Source: an uncultured Pseudomonadales bacterium
GTDB lineage: Bacteria; Patescibacteriota; Microgenomatia; UBA1400; MFAQ01
Assembly: GCA_964357975.1 (NCBI GenBank)
Contig: CAYHNG010000003.1
Span: 393 to 64,392 of the forward strand
Direction: 5' to 3'
DNA length: 64,000 nt
Shown here: positions 45,914 to 55,514 of the stretch, piece by piece
Layout: each line of letters starts with the position of its first letter
Numbering within the stretch: the stretch's first letter is position 1
Position numbers and translations under genes: made by a program
The notes under the pieces: model-generated
What the model was told of the DNA's origin: nothing
Databases searched by the model: none
What the model saw: only the letters and a program-made list of their open reading frames with translations

Positions 45914-47494
45914 TTACGAGGCGATTTCGCTGGCACGAGTTTCACGGATACAGTTAACCTTGACGGTTCCGGGGAAGGTCATGGTGTCTCTGATTTCATC
46001 GCGAATGGCTTGGGCCAAAATAGTTAGCTGATCATCCCCCGCCTTATTTGGGTTGACGATCACTCGGATTTCTCTTCCGGCCGAGATGGCATAAGCGTCT
46101 TCAACTTCAGGATGCTTCCGGGCAATTTCTTCGAGGTGTCGAATACGTTTGCCATATTCTTCAGTATTTTCGTGACGGGCTCCCGGTCTGGAACCGGAAA
46201 TAGCATCAGCAATATAGACGATCATGGATTCGTTGGAAGTAAACTCCTCATCCTCGTGATGCTGAGCAACACAGTCAATAATGGTTTGAGGAATATTGAA
46301 CTTTTTTAAATACTGCACACCAAGCTCGACGTGATTACCCTCACCCTCAATGATTTTTCCAATATCGTGAAGCAAACAACCCATTCTGACCGTATCTACG
46401 TTAGCACCGATTTCGTTGGCTATCTTGATACCAATTCTGGTCTCTTCCAGAGTGTGACTAATCATGTTCTGGCCGTAGGAAGTTCTAAATTTAAAACGAC
46501 CAAGCATGGTAATAATTTCCCGATTCATGTTGTAGACACCTACCGCATGGCACAGTTTTTGACCTTCCAGAAACATGATTTGCTCAACGTCTCTCTTTGA
46601 TCTCTCGAAATATTCTTCGATACGTGCAGGATGGATGCGACCATCTTTGATTAAATGAATTAAGGTAAGACGGGCTATCTCACGACGGACTGGATCAAAG
46701 CTACTTAACTTGACTTCGTCAGGGCCGTCGTCCATGGAGACATCACAACCGGAGACTTTTTCGAAAATGCGAATATTGCGGCCATCTTTACCAATAATGC
46801 GACCTTTGGTCTCTTCGTCCGGAATCGGAACGGTGGAAATAGTGTATTCGGCCACATAATCTGTAGCCCCTGCTTTCATGGCATCAACGAGAATTTCTCT
46901 GGCAAGATCTTCACACTCGATTTTTGATTTCTCTTCCGCTTCTTTGATGGCTCTGGCGGCTTCGGCGGCAGAACGTTTCTCGACCTGAGCAACCAGCTCT
47001 TTCTTGGCTTGTTCGGTGGTTAGCGAAGCGATCTTCTCCAGTTTTTCGACCATAGAATCGGCTTGTGAAGCGATTTTGGTTTTGAGCTCTTCAATTTGAG
47101 TAGTTTGGAGATCGAGATTGGCTTTTTCTTTTTTGAGTTGCTCTTCAATTGTCGAATTACTTTGCTGTTTTTGAGCTAGGTTTTTGGCTCGAACCTCAAT
47201 TTCTTCCAACTGAATCCGGGCATCTTTGATGGCCTGGTCTTTGATTTTGAAAGCCTCGTCTTTGGCTGAAATAATGATCTCTCTGGCCTGAGACTGGGCG
47301 GTAGCTTGGGCGGCGGCAATAATAGCGGCAGTGTCGACAGAAAGACTCGGGGCAACGGGAGCGACGGCAACCTTGGGAAGCTCTGAACCGGTGGTTTTTG
47401 GAGGCTGGACCGCAGGGGTTGCAGCTAACTTGGATTTAGCGGAATCGGCAGAAGATTTGAAAATATTTGATCGGAAAATTGAGAGTATAGACAT
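45914..47494 (-). CDS. rny: ribonuclease Y
   Basis: 526 aa. N-terminal TM/coiled-coil, KH domain (IIGKDGRNIR), and HD domain (LLHDIGK). Confidence 0.85.
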   Translation of the reverse strand: MSILSIFRSNIFKSSADSAKSKLAATPAVQPPKTTGSELPKVAVAPVAPSLSVDTAAIIAAAQATAQSQAREIIISAKDEAFKIKDQAIKDARIQLEEIEVRAKNLAQKQQSNSTIEEQLKKEKANLDLQTTQIEELKTKIASQADSMVEKLEKIASLTTEQAKKELVAQVEKRSAAEAARAIKEAEEKSKIECEDLAREILVDAMKAGATDYVAEYTISTVPIPDEETKGRIIGKDGRNIRIFEKVSGCDVSMDDGPDEVKLSSFDPVRREIARLTLIHLIKDGRIHPARIEEYFERSKRDVEQIMFLEGQKLCHAVGVYNMNREIITMLGRFKFRTSYGQNMISHTLEETRIGIKIANEIGANVDTVRMGCLLHDIGKIIEGEGNHVELGVQYLKKFNIPQTIIDCVAQHHEDEEFTSNESMIVYIADAISGSRPGARHENTEEYGKRIRHLEEIARKHPEVEDAYAISAGREIRVIVNPNKAGDDQLTILAQAIRDEIRDTMTFPGTVKVNCIRETRASEIAS

Positions 47495-47660
47495 GGTTTA
47501 AATTAATGATTAAACCTAATCTATGTACGTCAGCAAACACGCAAAATCAGTCGTCTAGCGACCAGCCTGCCGGCTGGCGGGCTGTAGAGGGATCTTTTTA
47601 TTTTGATTGAGATCGAACATTGCGTAATTTAGATTGACTAACATGATTAGTATCTGTATT

Positions 47661-48140
47661 TTAGTCTTCCAAACAGTCCCCGTCAAATGCACTTTTGATG
47701 GCGCGCTCAGAGTAGCCTCGCCGGTAGAGGTTGGAAACCACTTTTCTCCGGTCTTGATGGGAAAATTTGCTAATAAAATGCCGAATAGAGGCCTCTTCGG
47801 CTTCCGGGGATACAGCCGACCTCAGAGCTTCGGTGACTGCAGCCACACCAAGTCCAAGATATTTGAGCTTGACGGAGATTAGCCGGGGTCCATAGTGCTT
47901 GGAGAGCTGTCGCCTGACGTAAGCCTCAGCCAGATATTGATCATTCAGATAGCCACTCTGAGCCAGATCGTCGAGAATGGATTCAATGATTTGACCAGGA
48001 TTTTCGATTTTTTCTTTTTCGGCCCGCAAAAAGAGTTTTTCCCTTAATTTGAACCTAAAATACGGCCTGGCAGCGAGGATTCTGCCGGCATATTTCACAA
48101 GTGACTGCCTTTGATCACTTTTCCGGCTGGATTCCGGCAT
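47661..48140 (-). CDS. recX: recombination regulator RecX
   Basis: 159 aa. Its start overlaps the recA 3' end. RecX-type three-helix repeats. Confidence 0.75.
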   Translation of the reverse strand: MPESSRKSDQRQSLVKYAGRILAARPYFRFKLREKLFLRAEKEKIENPGQIIESILDDLAQSGYLNDQYLAEAYVRRQLSKHYGPRLISVKLKYLGLGVAAVTEALRSAVSPEAEEASIRHFISKFSHQDRRKVVSNLYRRGYSERAIKSAFDGDCLED

Positions 48141-49176
48141 TGACCTTTTCCATGACTTGTTGCTTAATCTTTTCGATGACTTGAGGCCGTTCGGCTAAAG
48201 CGGCTTTGGCTGATTCACGACCTTGTGCAAGCGTCTCACCTTCGTATTTGATAAAAGATCCGGCTTTTTCGAGCACGTTGTAAGCAATAGCCGTATCGAT
48301 GAGATCACCAAGCTTGCTTATGCCACCGATATTGAGAACGTCAAATTCGGCTGTTTTGAAAGGGGAGGCAACTTTGTTTTTGACTACTTTGGCACGGTGA
48401 CGGGAGCCAATGATTTCGTCGCCTTCTTGAATGTTGCCGATTTTGCGCATATCGATACGAATAGAGGCATAGAACTTAAGAGCCTTTCCGCCGGTGGTTA
48501 CTTCGGGGTTACCGAACATAACACCAATTTTTTCTCTTAATTGGTTGGTAAAAATGACGATACACTTACTTTTGGAAATCGCGCCGGTGATCTTGCGTAA
48601 AGCTTGACTCATCAGCCTGGCTTGGAGCCCCATGGAGGAGTCACCCATCTCGCCTTCGATTTCCGATTTGGGAACAAGAGCCGCTACAGAATCGATAACA
48701 ACAACGTCTACACCTCCGGAACGGATGAGAGTTTCGGCTATCTCTAAAGCCTGTTCACCGTTGTCCGGCTGAGACAAAAGAAGGCTATCGAGATCGACGC
48801 CGATGGATTTGGCCCGACTGGGATCCACGGCGTGCTCAGCGTCGATGAAGGCGGCGATGCCACCGGACTTTTGAGCTTCGGAAATGACGTGAAGGGCTAA
48901 AGTAGTCTTACCGGAGGCTTCCGGGCCATAAATCTCAATAATTCTACCCTTAGGGAAACCACCGACACCCAGTGCAAGATCTAAACTAATAGAGCCGGTC
49001 GAAATGACCGGAATTTTCTCGTCGACACGATCGGAACCCATGTGCATAATAGCTCCTTCACCAAACTGTTTGGTAATTTGCTGCATGGCAATTTTGACGG
49101 CGGTAAGACGGGCGTTGTTATCGGCCGGCTTGGCAACAGATTTTTCTTCTTTAATTTTCTTGGCTTTCTTTGGCAT
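48115..49176 (-). CDS. recA: recombinase RecA
   Basis: 353 aa. Walker [11 protein letters not shown]1/L2 loops, and canonical RecA sequence throughout. Confidence 0.95.
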   Translation of the reverse strand: MPKKAKKIKEEKSVAKPADNNARLTAVKIAMQQITKQFGEGAIMHMGSDRVDEKIPVISTGSISLDLALGVGGFPKGRIIEIYGPEASGKTTLALHVISEAQKSGGIAAFIDAEHAVDPSRAKSIGVDLDSLLLSQPDNGEQALEIAETLIRSGGVDVVVIDSVAALVPKSEIEGEMGDSSMGLQARLMSQALRKITGAISKSKCIVIFTNQLREKIGVMFGNPEVTTGGKALKFYASIRIDMRKIGNIQEGDEIIGSRHRAKVVKNKVASPFKTAEFDVLNIGGISKLGDLIDTAIAYNVLEKAGSFIKYEGETLAQGRESAKAALAERPQVIEKIKQQVMEKVNAGIQPEK

Positions 49177-49266
49177 TTTCTTCGGGTATTTTGGTAACTA
49201 AAGTCATTATATATATTTGGGTTATTTTCGCAAGGGTTATACATGGTAAAATAAACAGGTTCGTTT

Positions 49267-49340
49267 CGGGGTATAGTATAACGGCAGTATGCGCGCATGG
49301 GGTGCGCGCGATCTCAGTTCAATTCTGAGTACCCCGACCA
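49267..49340 (+). tRNA. tRNA-Pro (anticodon GGG), with encoded CCA
   Basis: Hand-folded. Acceptor CGGGGTA pairs with TACCCCG. U8, G10, A14, GG18-19, A21. Anticodon stem CGCGC/GCGCG, loop ATGGGGT (U33, GGG, G37). T-arm CTCAG-TTCAATT-CTGAG. Discriminator A, then CCA. Confidence 0.85.
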
Positions 49341-49376
49341 ATGGTTGACAGACTATGGGGGTTCCTCAATTTTTAG

Positions 49377-49482
49377 TATAAGAGCTTGCTCCTTGCGATG
49401 CACATAACTACGCTATGTTGCTATCTCCGGTCCGCTTCCTCTTATTTCCGCTCATAACTTCGTTATGATGCTTGGAAATAAC
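49377..49482 (+). repeat. copy 3 of the dispersed intergenic repeat family (TATAAGAGCTTGCTCC; GCACATAACTACGCTATGTTGC; CCGCTTCCTCTT; CTCATAACTTCGTTATGATG; CTTGGAAATAAC)
   Basis: Sits between the intact tRNA-Pro and a tRNA-Pro-like 3' fragment, about 200-300 nt upstream of recA. Confidence 0.6.
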
Positions 49483-49540
49483 GGCAGTATGCGGGCATGG
49501 GGGCCGTAGGGCCCGGGATCGTCACTCGACACCCCAACCA
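49480..49540 (+). pseudogene. tRNA-Pro-derived fragment (D-loop to 3' end; no 5' acceptor strand or T-arm)
   Basis: 61 nt, aligning with 49280-49340. The first 23 nt (AACGGCAGTATGCGgGCATGGGG) and the last 10 nt (ACCCCaACCA) are near-identical. The middle has diverged. Confidence 0.35.
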
Positions 49541-49605
49541 TTCACAAAAACCCCGCCGGATAGCGGGATTTTCGTTGATTATTGCTCTATTGAAACCAAT
49601 TCCGA

Positions 49606-51054
49606 TTAAGGAGTTGGGGTGATGGAGATTACCGCAAGAACAGACAAGGGTATGGACTTGGTAGTTGATCCTCCATGATTATCAGTGACCGTCACCTGGA
49701 CGGTGTAGAGACCCGAAGTGGCTGGGGTTCCGGAGATATAGCAGGTGATTTTTCCGCCTCCGACAGGAACGGCACACGGACCACTAGTGAGTCCGAAAGG
49801 AAGTCCGGAAATCCCCATTATTAGGGAATCCGTAATATTTGGATCGGTGGCATCAATACTACCACCGTATGACTCGTTCACATAGCCTGAAGGCATTGAT
49901 GTGGTGATGATTCTAGGTGGCTGATTGTCTGAAGGTGTGGGAGTAGGGGTTATTGTCGGAGTGGGGGTGATTGTTGATGTGGGAGTTGGAGTTGGCTGAG
50001 AACCGACATACCCAAACACGATGGCCCAATCGTTAAAGTCGTAATCTGATGTGGGATCATTTTGAACCGGATCAGCCCAGCACTGGACATTAGCCTCATT
50101 GGCTCCAGATTTTATACCTGTAATACTGGCTGAATTTGCTTTGGCGTAATCAATCAACGCTTTTATGTCCCACAAAACTCCGCATTTATTTTGACCGGGA
50201 TTTTTCTTGGGTCCGCATTTAAATTGCTCCGCTGGAGGAATCCATCCTACTGCAGGCTTGGTAAGGGTAGATGGAGGAGGGGCCTTAAGAACCATTTTTA
50301 AGACGTATTCTTCCCCTGCCTTAACGTTAAAAGTCTTATCCATTTTTGATGGAGTGGTTAAAGCAGTAACATCAATATTGTAGGTTTTGGGCCCAGCTAA
50401 ATTTATCCGGCTGAGAGAGGCGACTCCGGCCCCCATTGAAAAGACTTGGACGGTGCCGTCCTTGGGAAATTTAACCTTAGTGGTTATCGGAGTGTCTCTC
50501 TGCGTGACATCGCAACCAGGTTTGTTTTCGACAAGCTGTGAGGCATGAAAATATGGCTCCTTAATGGTGCCTGTAGCGACTACCTGCTTGTTGATTAAGG
50601 GTTCGGCAAGAGTGCCAGAAACAACCAATGCTGTACAGATGCCTCCAGGTTTAAGAATTCGGTACCTGGATGGTGTTTTTGCTGGTGGGGTAGCTCCTGG
50701 GCATTTTGTCAGATCTGTGGTCCATTTGGTATTGGGGGCTGGACAACAAAAAGTCTTTTCCCCACAGGTCTCAACTCTTCCGGACGTGTTACACATACTA
50801 TCGATTGATATTCCGTAAGATGCCATTGGATTGCAGTCTCGGAGTACATTGTCCTTTCCCGGGCATTGCTGGACACATTTGGCACACAAAAGGACTCCAT
50901 CAGTCGCCCTAATTAGTTTTCCCACCAAAACGTTTGTGGAGGCACGACTTTGATCGTTGAAGTTACCTTTCTTGAGAAGCATTGCGACACCGAAAATGAC
51001 GACGAGACTAATTAACAACAGGAGGGCGGAGATAATTGTCTTTTGTTTTTTCAT
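49606..51054 (-). CDS. secreted cell-surface protein with a Thr/Pro linker and a C-terminal cadherin-like/putative Ig (He_PIG-like) domain
   Basis: 482 aa. Signal/TM N-terminus, TPTPTSTITPTPTITPTPTP linker, and C-terminal ...GLYTVQVTVTDNHGGSTT. Confidence 0.55.
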   Translation of the reverse strand: MKKQKTIISALLLLISLVVIFGVAMLLKKGNFNDQSRASTNVLVGKLIRATDGVLLCAKCVQQCPGKDNVLRDCNPMASYGISIDSMCNTSGRVETCGEKTFCCPAPNTKWTTDLTKCPGATPPAKTPSRYRILKPGGICTALVVSGTLAEPLINKQVVATGTIKEPYFHASQLVENKPGCDVTQRDTPITTKVKFPKDGTVQVFSMGAGVASLSRINLAGPKTYNIDVTALTTPSKMDKTFNVKAGEEYVLKMVLKAPPPSTLTKPAVGWIPPAEQFKCGPKKNPGQNKCGVLWDIKALIDYAKANSASITGIKSGANEANVQCWADPVQNDPTSDYDFNDWAIVFGYVGSQPTPTPTSTITPTPTITPTPTPSDNQPPRIITTSMPSGYVNESYGGSIDATDPNITDSLIMGISGLPFGLTSGPCAVPVGGGKITCYISGTPATSGLYTVQVTVTDNHGGSTTKSIPLSVLAVISITPTP

Positions 51055-51159
51055 ACTCTAAACAAGATAATAACTCACAATAATTTCAGTATAGACATTC
51101 CGGTAGTGATTGCAAGTGATACAATGCGGGGGTACTTAAACTTTGACAAAGAGGTGAGC

Positions 51160-51564
51160 ATGGGAATACATCTGTGTAAGTATTGCCGATCCGAAGGAGA
51201 GACAAACAACCGTTTTCAACCCTCTTCTACGGGCGACGTGGAGATTCACATCGAAGTACACTCCCACGAATACAAATACGTGGTGCCGGATCTGATTCTG
51301 CACTATATGGCCGATCATGGATACTCCCCTTGTCCGGATTTTATAGACGCCGTATTGATGGGTGAAGTCTTTGAAGTAGTCAGAATGCAGACAAAGAGCG
51401 TGGCAATTGATGAAGACACTAACCTTCGCTGGTTTAGAGAACATGGATATACGCCAATAGGATATTTGACGGGCGACTATAACAAGGGCGAGATTCCTCC
51501 GGGTTTTTTGGAAAAACTTCAAGAGATAATGGAAGGCGCCGAAGGATGGCCTCTTAAGTATTAA
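51160..51564 (+). CDS. hypothetical protein (starts at the internal MGIHLCKYC)
   Basis: The track ORF starts at 51043 but overlaps the upstream gene. The internal ATG at 51160 gives 134 aa. Confidence 0.4.
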   Translation: MGIHLCKYCRSEGETNNRFQPSSTGDVEIHIEVHSHEYKYVVPDLILHYMADHGYSPCPDFIDAVLMGEVFEVVRMQTKSVAIDEDTNLRWFREHGYTPIGYLTGDYNKGEIPPGFLEKLQEIMEGAEGWPLKY

Positions 51565-51569
51565 AGCTG

Positions 51570-51598
51570 ACCGCCCCTGTTGGGGCGGTTATTATTTT
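51570..51598 (+). terminator. Rho-independent terminator (ACCGCCCC-TGT-TGGGGCGGT followed by TATTATTTT)
   Basis: Read directly from the sequence after the 51564 stop. Confidence 0.6.
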
Positions 51599-52740
51599 GC
51601 CGGGAGATAGGAAAGGAAGATTGACCCTAATCCTAGACACAAGAGGACGAAGGCGGAGAGAGGACCGATGACGGGGACCAAGAATAATAACCCTACCAAG
51701 ACAGTCCCTGCCAGTAGCGACCATCCCAGACCACCCGATTTCTTTTTGGTGGCTAGCTTGATGGCCCAGTCACCGATAAGAATAGTGGGGTAAATAGAGG
51801 CTAAGATTAGAGACAGAACATATTCCAGGAAAAGAACAAAGGCCAGAGGCGCCCCAATAACGCTGACAAGAAGAAGGAGGGTGACAATAGGAGTAAGAAT
51901 GAGAACGGCCAGCCCAATTAGTCCGGAAACAAAAGGTCTCTCGCCAATTAATTGCATGCGCTCCAACACTCTCGATCTGAGAAAATACAGCAAAGTTAGA
52001 CCTAACAACAAAGAAGAGATTGCCCAGAGTAGCCGACCCATTAATTTGGCGGCAAAAGTGACCTCCTTGACTTCTTTTTGGGGCAACTCTTTTCTCACAA
52101 CTTCGTGCTTTAAGATATTGCCTTTGACATTTTTTTGATTGACAGAAGCAGTACCGAGACTTTCCATGTAGTACTCGAAATCTCCACCGATCTTGGCGGG
52201 ATCAACTAAGGTTATTTTGCTGGCCGCTACCTTGGCATTTCTATTTAGCGTGCCGGAGATGGTGAGCTGATCGGCAGCACCAAGCAAGTCCCGACCAGAG
52301 GCACCTCTTAGATCCGCACTTTGGACACCAAAGAAGATATCTCCCTTAATGGAGGCAAACTTGGAAACTATCAAGTCTTGAGAGGCGGTGGTAACATTCC
52401 GACCCACCTGACCATTAATCTCGATAAACTGAGCCGCGATACGAACATTGCCCTCAACACGGCCATTTATTTTGACGGACTGCCCGGCGCATAACACATC
52501 GCCTTTAACATCCCCATTGACGACAATATCTTTCCCTGCACAAAAGAGGTCTCCGTTAATTTCCGAATCGACGGTGACACTTCCCGCAGCGATGATGGCT
52601 GTTTCGTTGATTTTTTTGTCTTTGGGAAGATCCAACTGATTGCCGGAGTAGAGATAAACGGCGTGCGCCGAAAAGACAAAAGAAAAAGAAAATAACAGGG
52701 CAGAAAGGAGAGTGGCCAAGAGGCGGTTGAAATATTTCAT
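51592..52740 (-). CDS. bactofilin-like beta-helix repeat protein fused to a C-terminal polytopic membrane domain
   Basis: 382 aa. Signal peptide. Repeats such as INGDLFCAGKDIVVNGDVKGDVLCAGQSVKINGRVEGNV. About 4 C-terminal TM helices. Confidence 0.45.
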   Translation of the reverse strand: MKYFNRLLATLLSALLFSFSFVFSAHAVYLYSGNQLDLPKDKKINETAIIAAGSVTVDSEINGDLFCAGKDIVVNGDVKGDVLCAGQSVKINGRVEGNVRIAAQFIEINGQVGRNVTTASQDLIVSKFASIKGDIFFGVQSADLRGASGRDLLGAADQLTISGTLNRNAKVAASKITLVDPAKIGGDFEYYMESLGTASVNQKNVKGNILKHEVVRKELPQKEVKEVTFAAKLMGRLLWAISSLLLGLTLLYFLRSRVLERMQLIGERPFVSGLIGLAVLILTPIVTLLLLVSVIGAPLAFVLFLEYVLSLILASIYPTILIGDWAIKLATKKKSGGLGWSLLAGTVLVGLLFLVPVIGPLSAFVLLCLGLGSIFLSYLPAK

Positions 52741-52808
52741 ACTAACTATATGTATACCAATGTTTCCAAAATATGTAAAGTTAGGCGGTAATGAACTAGA
52801 ATAGAGAA

Positions 52809-53750
52809 ATGAAAATATTGGTAACCGGGGGAGCAGGCTTCTTGGGGTCTCATTTGTGCAAGAAACTGCTGAGTGAAAAACATAGGGTCATTTGTATAGA
52901 TAATTTTTATACCGGTAGAAAACAGAATATTGACGAGCTGACGACGGACACTAATTTTCAAATTATTGAAGGAGATATTACCAAACCACTTGATTTTGAG
53001 GAATTGGACAGAATATACAATTTGGCTTGTCCGGCATCTCCGCCTGCGTACCAAAAAGATCCGGTTTATACTTGGAGAACTTCCGTCTTGGGAATGAATA
53101 ATATGCTGGAGCTGTCCAGAAAAAATAATAATGTTCCGATACTTCAAGCATCAACATCAGAGATCTATGGGGATCCTCTGGAGCATCCTCAAAAAGAAAG
53201 TTACTGGGGAAACGTAAATCCTTGCGGTATCAGATCCTGTTATGACGAGGGAAAGAGGGCGGCCGAGACTATCTGCATGGATTTTTTTAGAAAGTATCAA
53301 ACTCCGGTTAGAGTGATTCGGATTTTTAACACCTATGGACCAAATATGGATCCCCAAGATGGCCGAGTGGTCAGCAATTTTATAATGGAGGCTCTGACTA
53401 ACCAAGATATTACTATCTATGGGGACGGTAGCCAAACCAGGAGCTTCCAGTTTGTGAGCGATCTAATTGAAGGCATGACGCGGATGATGGAAAACAAAGA
53501 AGGTTCTACCGGTCCGGTGAATCTTGGTAACCCTGTTGAATTTACCGTGAAACAACTAGCTGAGATAGTTTTGGAAATGATTCCGGAATCCACCAGTAAA
53601 ATAGTCTTCCGGCCGATACCGGGTGATGACCCTAAAGTTCGGAAACCGGATATCACTCTGGCACGAGAAAAACTTGGATGGGAGCCAAAAGTACCCTTGC
53701 GTGAAGGGCTCTTCAAAACAATTGAGTATTTTCGGAACCAGATTTTATAG
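52809..53750 (+). CDS. UDP-glucuronate decarboxylase (UDP-xylose synthase), SDR family
   Basis: 313 aa. ILVTGGAGFLGSHL, with a YxxxK catalytic region. Closest to the UXS type. Confidence 0.75.
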   Translation: MKILVTGGAGFLGSHLCKKLLSEKHRVICIDNFYTGRKQNIDELTTDTNFQIIEGDITKPLDFEELDRIYNLACPASPPAYQKDPVYTWRTSVLGMNNMLELSRKNNNVPILQASTSEIYGDPLEHPQKESYWGNVNPCGIRSCYDEGKRAAETICMDFFRKYQTPVRVIRIFNTYGPNMDPQDGRVVSNFIMEALTNQDITIYGDGSQTRSFQFVSDLIEGMTRMMENKEGSTGPVNLGNPVEFTVKQLAEIVLEMIPESTSKIVFRPIPGDDPKVRKPDITLAREKLGWEPKVPLREGLFKTIEYFRNQIL

Positions 53751-55514
53751 AGGAGCGGGCTGGCCGTAGTCGAAAATTTTGATGGGAGTTTGTTCCTGAT
53801 TAACCAGTGTGTTGCCGGAGAAAACCAACTTGACCAGAAGGCCTTTCCTGGTTTCTTCCGACCACATTTGATCAAAAACTAAATTGCCAAGCGAATAATA
53901 AATTGGTTTTTCCTTGTATATTTCAACCTCCTGGACCCAGTGCGGGTGATGACCAATAACGACATCAGCACCCGAGTCAATAGCCAGGCGGGCAAGCTCC
54001 ACCTGATGAGATGTCCGCTGACGATACTCGTTCCCCCAATGGAAAGAGGCCACTACGATATTGGCTTGCGATTTGGCATAAGCTATTTGCCCGGAGATAT
54101 TTATTGGCCAAGACATGGCAACTTCCGTAAAATACGGAGGGGTGTCGTTAAACCCAAGAAAAGCAACTTTCGTCTTCCGAACATCTTTGATAACAAGTTT
54201 GCCCAAACCGATCGGAGTAATTTTATTTTGGTTAAGGAGCGAGAGTGTGAAATCAAACCCTTCTTTCCCCTGGTTACTTATATGGTTGTTGGCCAGATTA
54301 ACAATATCTATGCCGGCCAAAATTAAACCATCGACAGATCGAGGGTCGGCGCAAAAAAACATACCCGTATCGGTAGGCTGACAGTCCGAATTAAAGGGTG
54401 ATTCCAGGTTGACGATGGTCAGATCGGCCGTTGATAAAAGATTGGCTATTTTTCTAAAAGGCCAGGAGAAATCCCGATATTTGATCATTCTGGTGTTAAC
54501 AGATCGACCAAGCATGACATCACCGCCGAAGACGAGGGTGGTAGTGTTGATCTTAGATTTCAGATCTCGGATGTCCGCTGGGGAAGGAGATGTGTTTGGA
54601 TTTGCGATTTTTTTTCCGATAAGTAAGTAGTAAGAGGTAACTGATTCCGGGATATTGTTAAAAGAAAACGAATCGGTGTGAACCAAAATCTCTGAAGATA
54701 ATGATTTGGTTTGAATAATTTTCAAGGTGGATATCAGAGAGGCTGGAGAGTCCAAATATTCGGAGGATAGTTTTTCAATGACCGAATAATTATGGTCACG
54801 TATTAAACTCTCGGTCCGGGTATCCCGTTCGACTGCCTGGTCATGATTTAAGCCATGGGAAAAATCGATAGAAGCGATAACTACAACATGAGGCGAGGCC
54901 GAGATAAGTTGTTGAGAAAAACGCTCGAGTAAAATAGGATCGATATTTTTCTTTAAGGCAAAGGGGATAACTTTGGTGTTTGGCAAATAATAGGCCAGGA
55001 AGGGCATCAACCCGGCGAGTCCGTGTTCCGGTATAAGGGCACTGTCGTCCAAACACGCCGTTTCGTATTTGATAAACGAACTCTGCAGATCTTGATCCAC
55101 AAGTATTTGTCCAAATGGAGTATCCCAGCCATTAGAAGACGAAACGATGTCACACTGACCGATGTTGGCGTGATTCGGTGACAGAAGAATAATTGTCCGC
55201 GGTGGGTCTGCAGTTAGTAAGGAGATCCCCCTGGCGATAACGTTGGAGGCGGTTAAATGGTGAGGAATAACCAGAACAGAAGGAGACGAACCTTTGGGAA
55301 GATGGGGGTATTGGGAAATCGCGGGGAAAAAGGTCCTGTTATCGTAGGCAAAGTCGGTAGAAAAAGTGGGCGATACAGAGAGAGGTTTCCTCGATATGCC
55401 AAAAAAATATAAAAATGCCCCAAAAGTAAGGACAAGCAATATTATTCCTTTTATGTATCCAGATGGATTCCCGATCGGGTCGGGAATGACAAGGGACTGT
55501 TTGGCGATTTTCAT
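53745..55514 (-). CDS. fusion protein: Memo/LigB-like (class III extradiol dioxygenase fold) domain plus a CapA/PGA_cap metallophosphatase domain
   Basis: 589 aa. N-terminal TM, then LVIPHH...IDFSHGL (Memo-like). C-terminal LVFGGDVMLGRSVNT...NLESPF...NLANNHISNQG...FHWGNEYRQ...DVVIGHHPHW (CapA family). Confidence 0.6.
   Translation of the reverse strand: MKIAKQSLVIPDPIGNPSGYIKGIILLVLTFGAFLYFFGISRKPLSVSPTFSTDFAYDNRTFFPAISQYPHLPKGSSPSVLVIPHHLTASNVIARGISLLTADPPRTIILLSPNHANIGQCDIVSSSNGWDTPFGQILVDQDLQSSFIKYETACLDDSALIPEHGLAGLMPFLAYYLPNTKVIPFALKKNIDPILLERFSQQLISASPHVVVIASIDFSHGLNHDQAVERDTRTESLIRDHNYSVIEKLSSEYLDSPASLISTLKIIQTKSLSSEILVHTDSFSFNNIPESVTSYYLLIGKKIANPNTSPSPADIRDLKSKINTTTLVFGGDVMLGRSVNTRMIKYRDFSWPFRKIANLLSTADLTIVNLESPFNSDCQPTDTGMFFCADPRSVDGLILAGIDIVNLANNHISNQGKEGFDFTLSLLNQNKITPIGLGKLVIKDVRKTKVAFLGFNDTPPYFTEVAMSWPINISGQIAYAKSQANIVVASFHWGNEYRQRTSHQVELARLAIDSGADVVIGHHPHWVQEVEIYKEKPIYYSLGNLVFDQMWSEETRKGLLVKLVFSGNTLVNQEQTPIKIFDYGQPAPL

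Noticed and set aside
51043-51159. Long start (51043) for the ORF 51043-51564
   Set aside because: It would overlap the 5' end of the divergent surface-protein gene (start at 51054). The internal ATG at 51160 (MGIHLCKYC) avoids the overlap.
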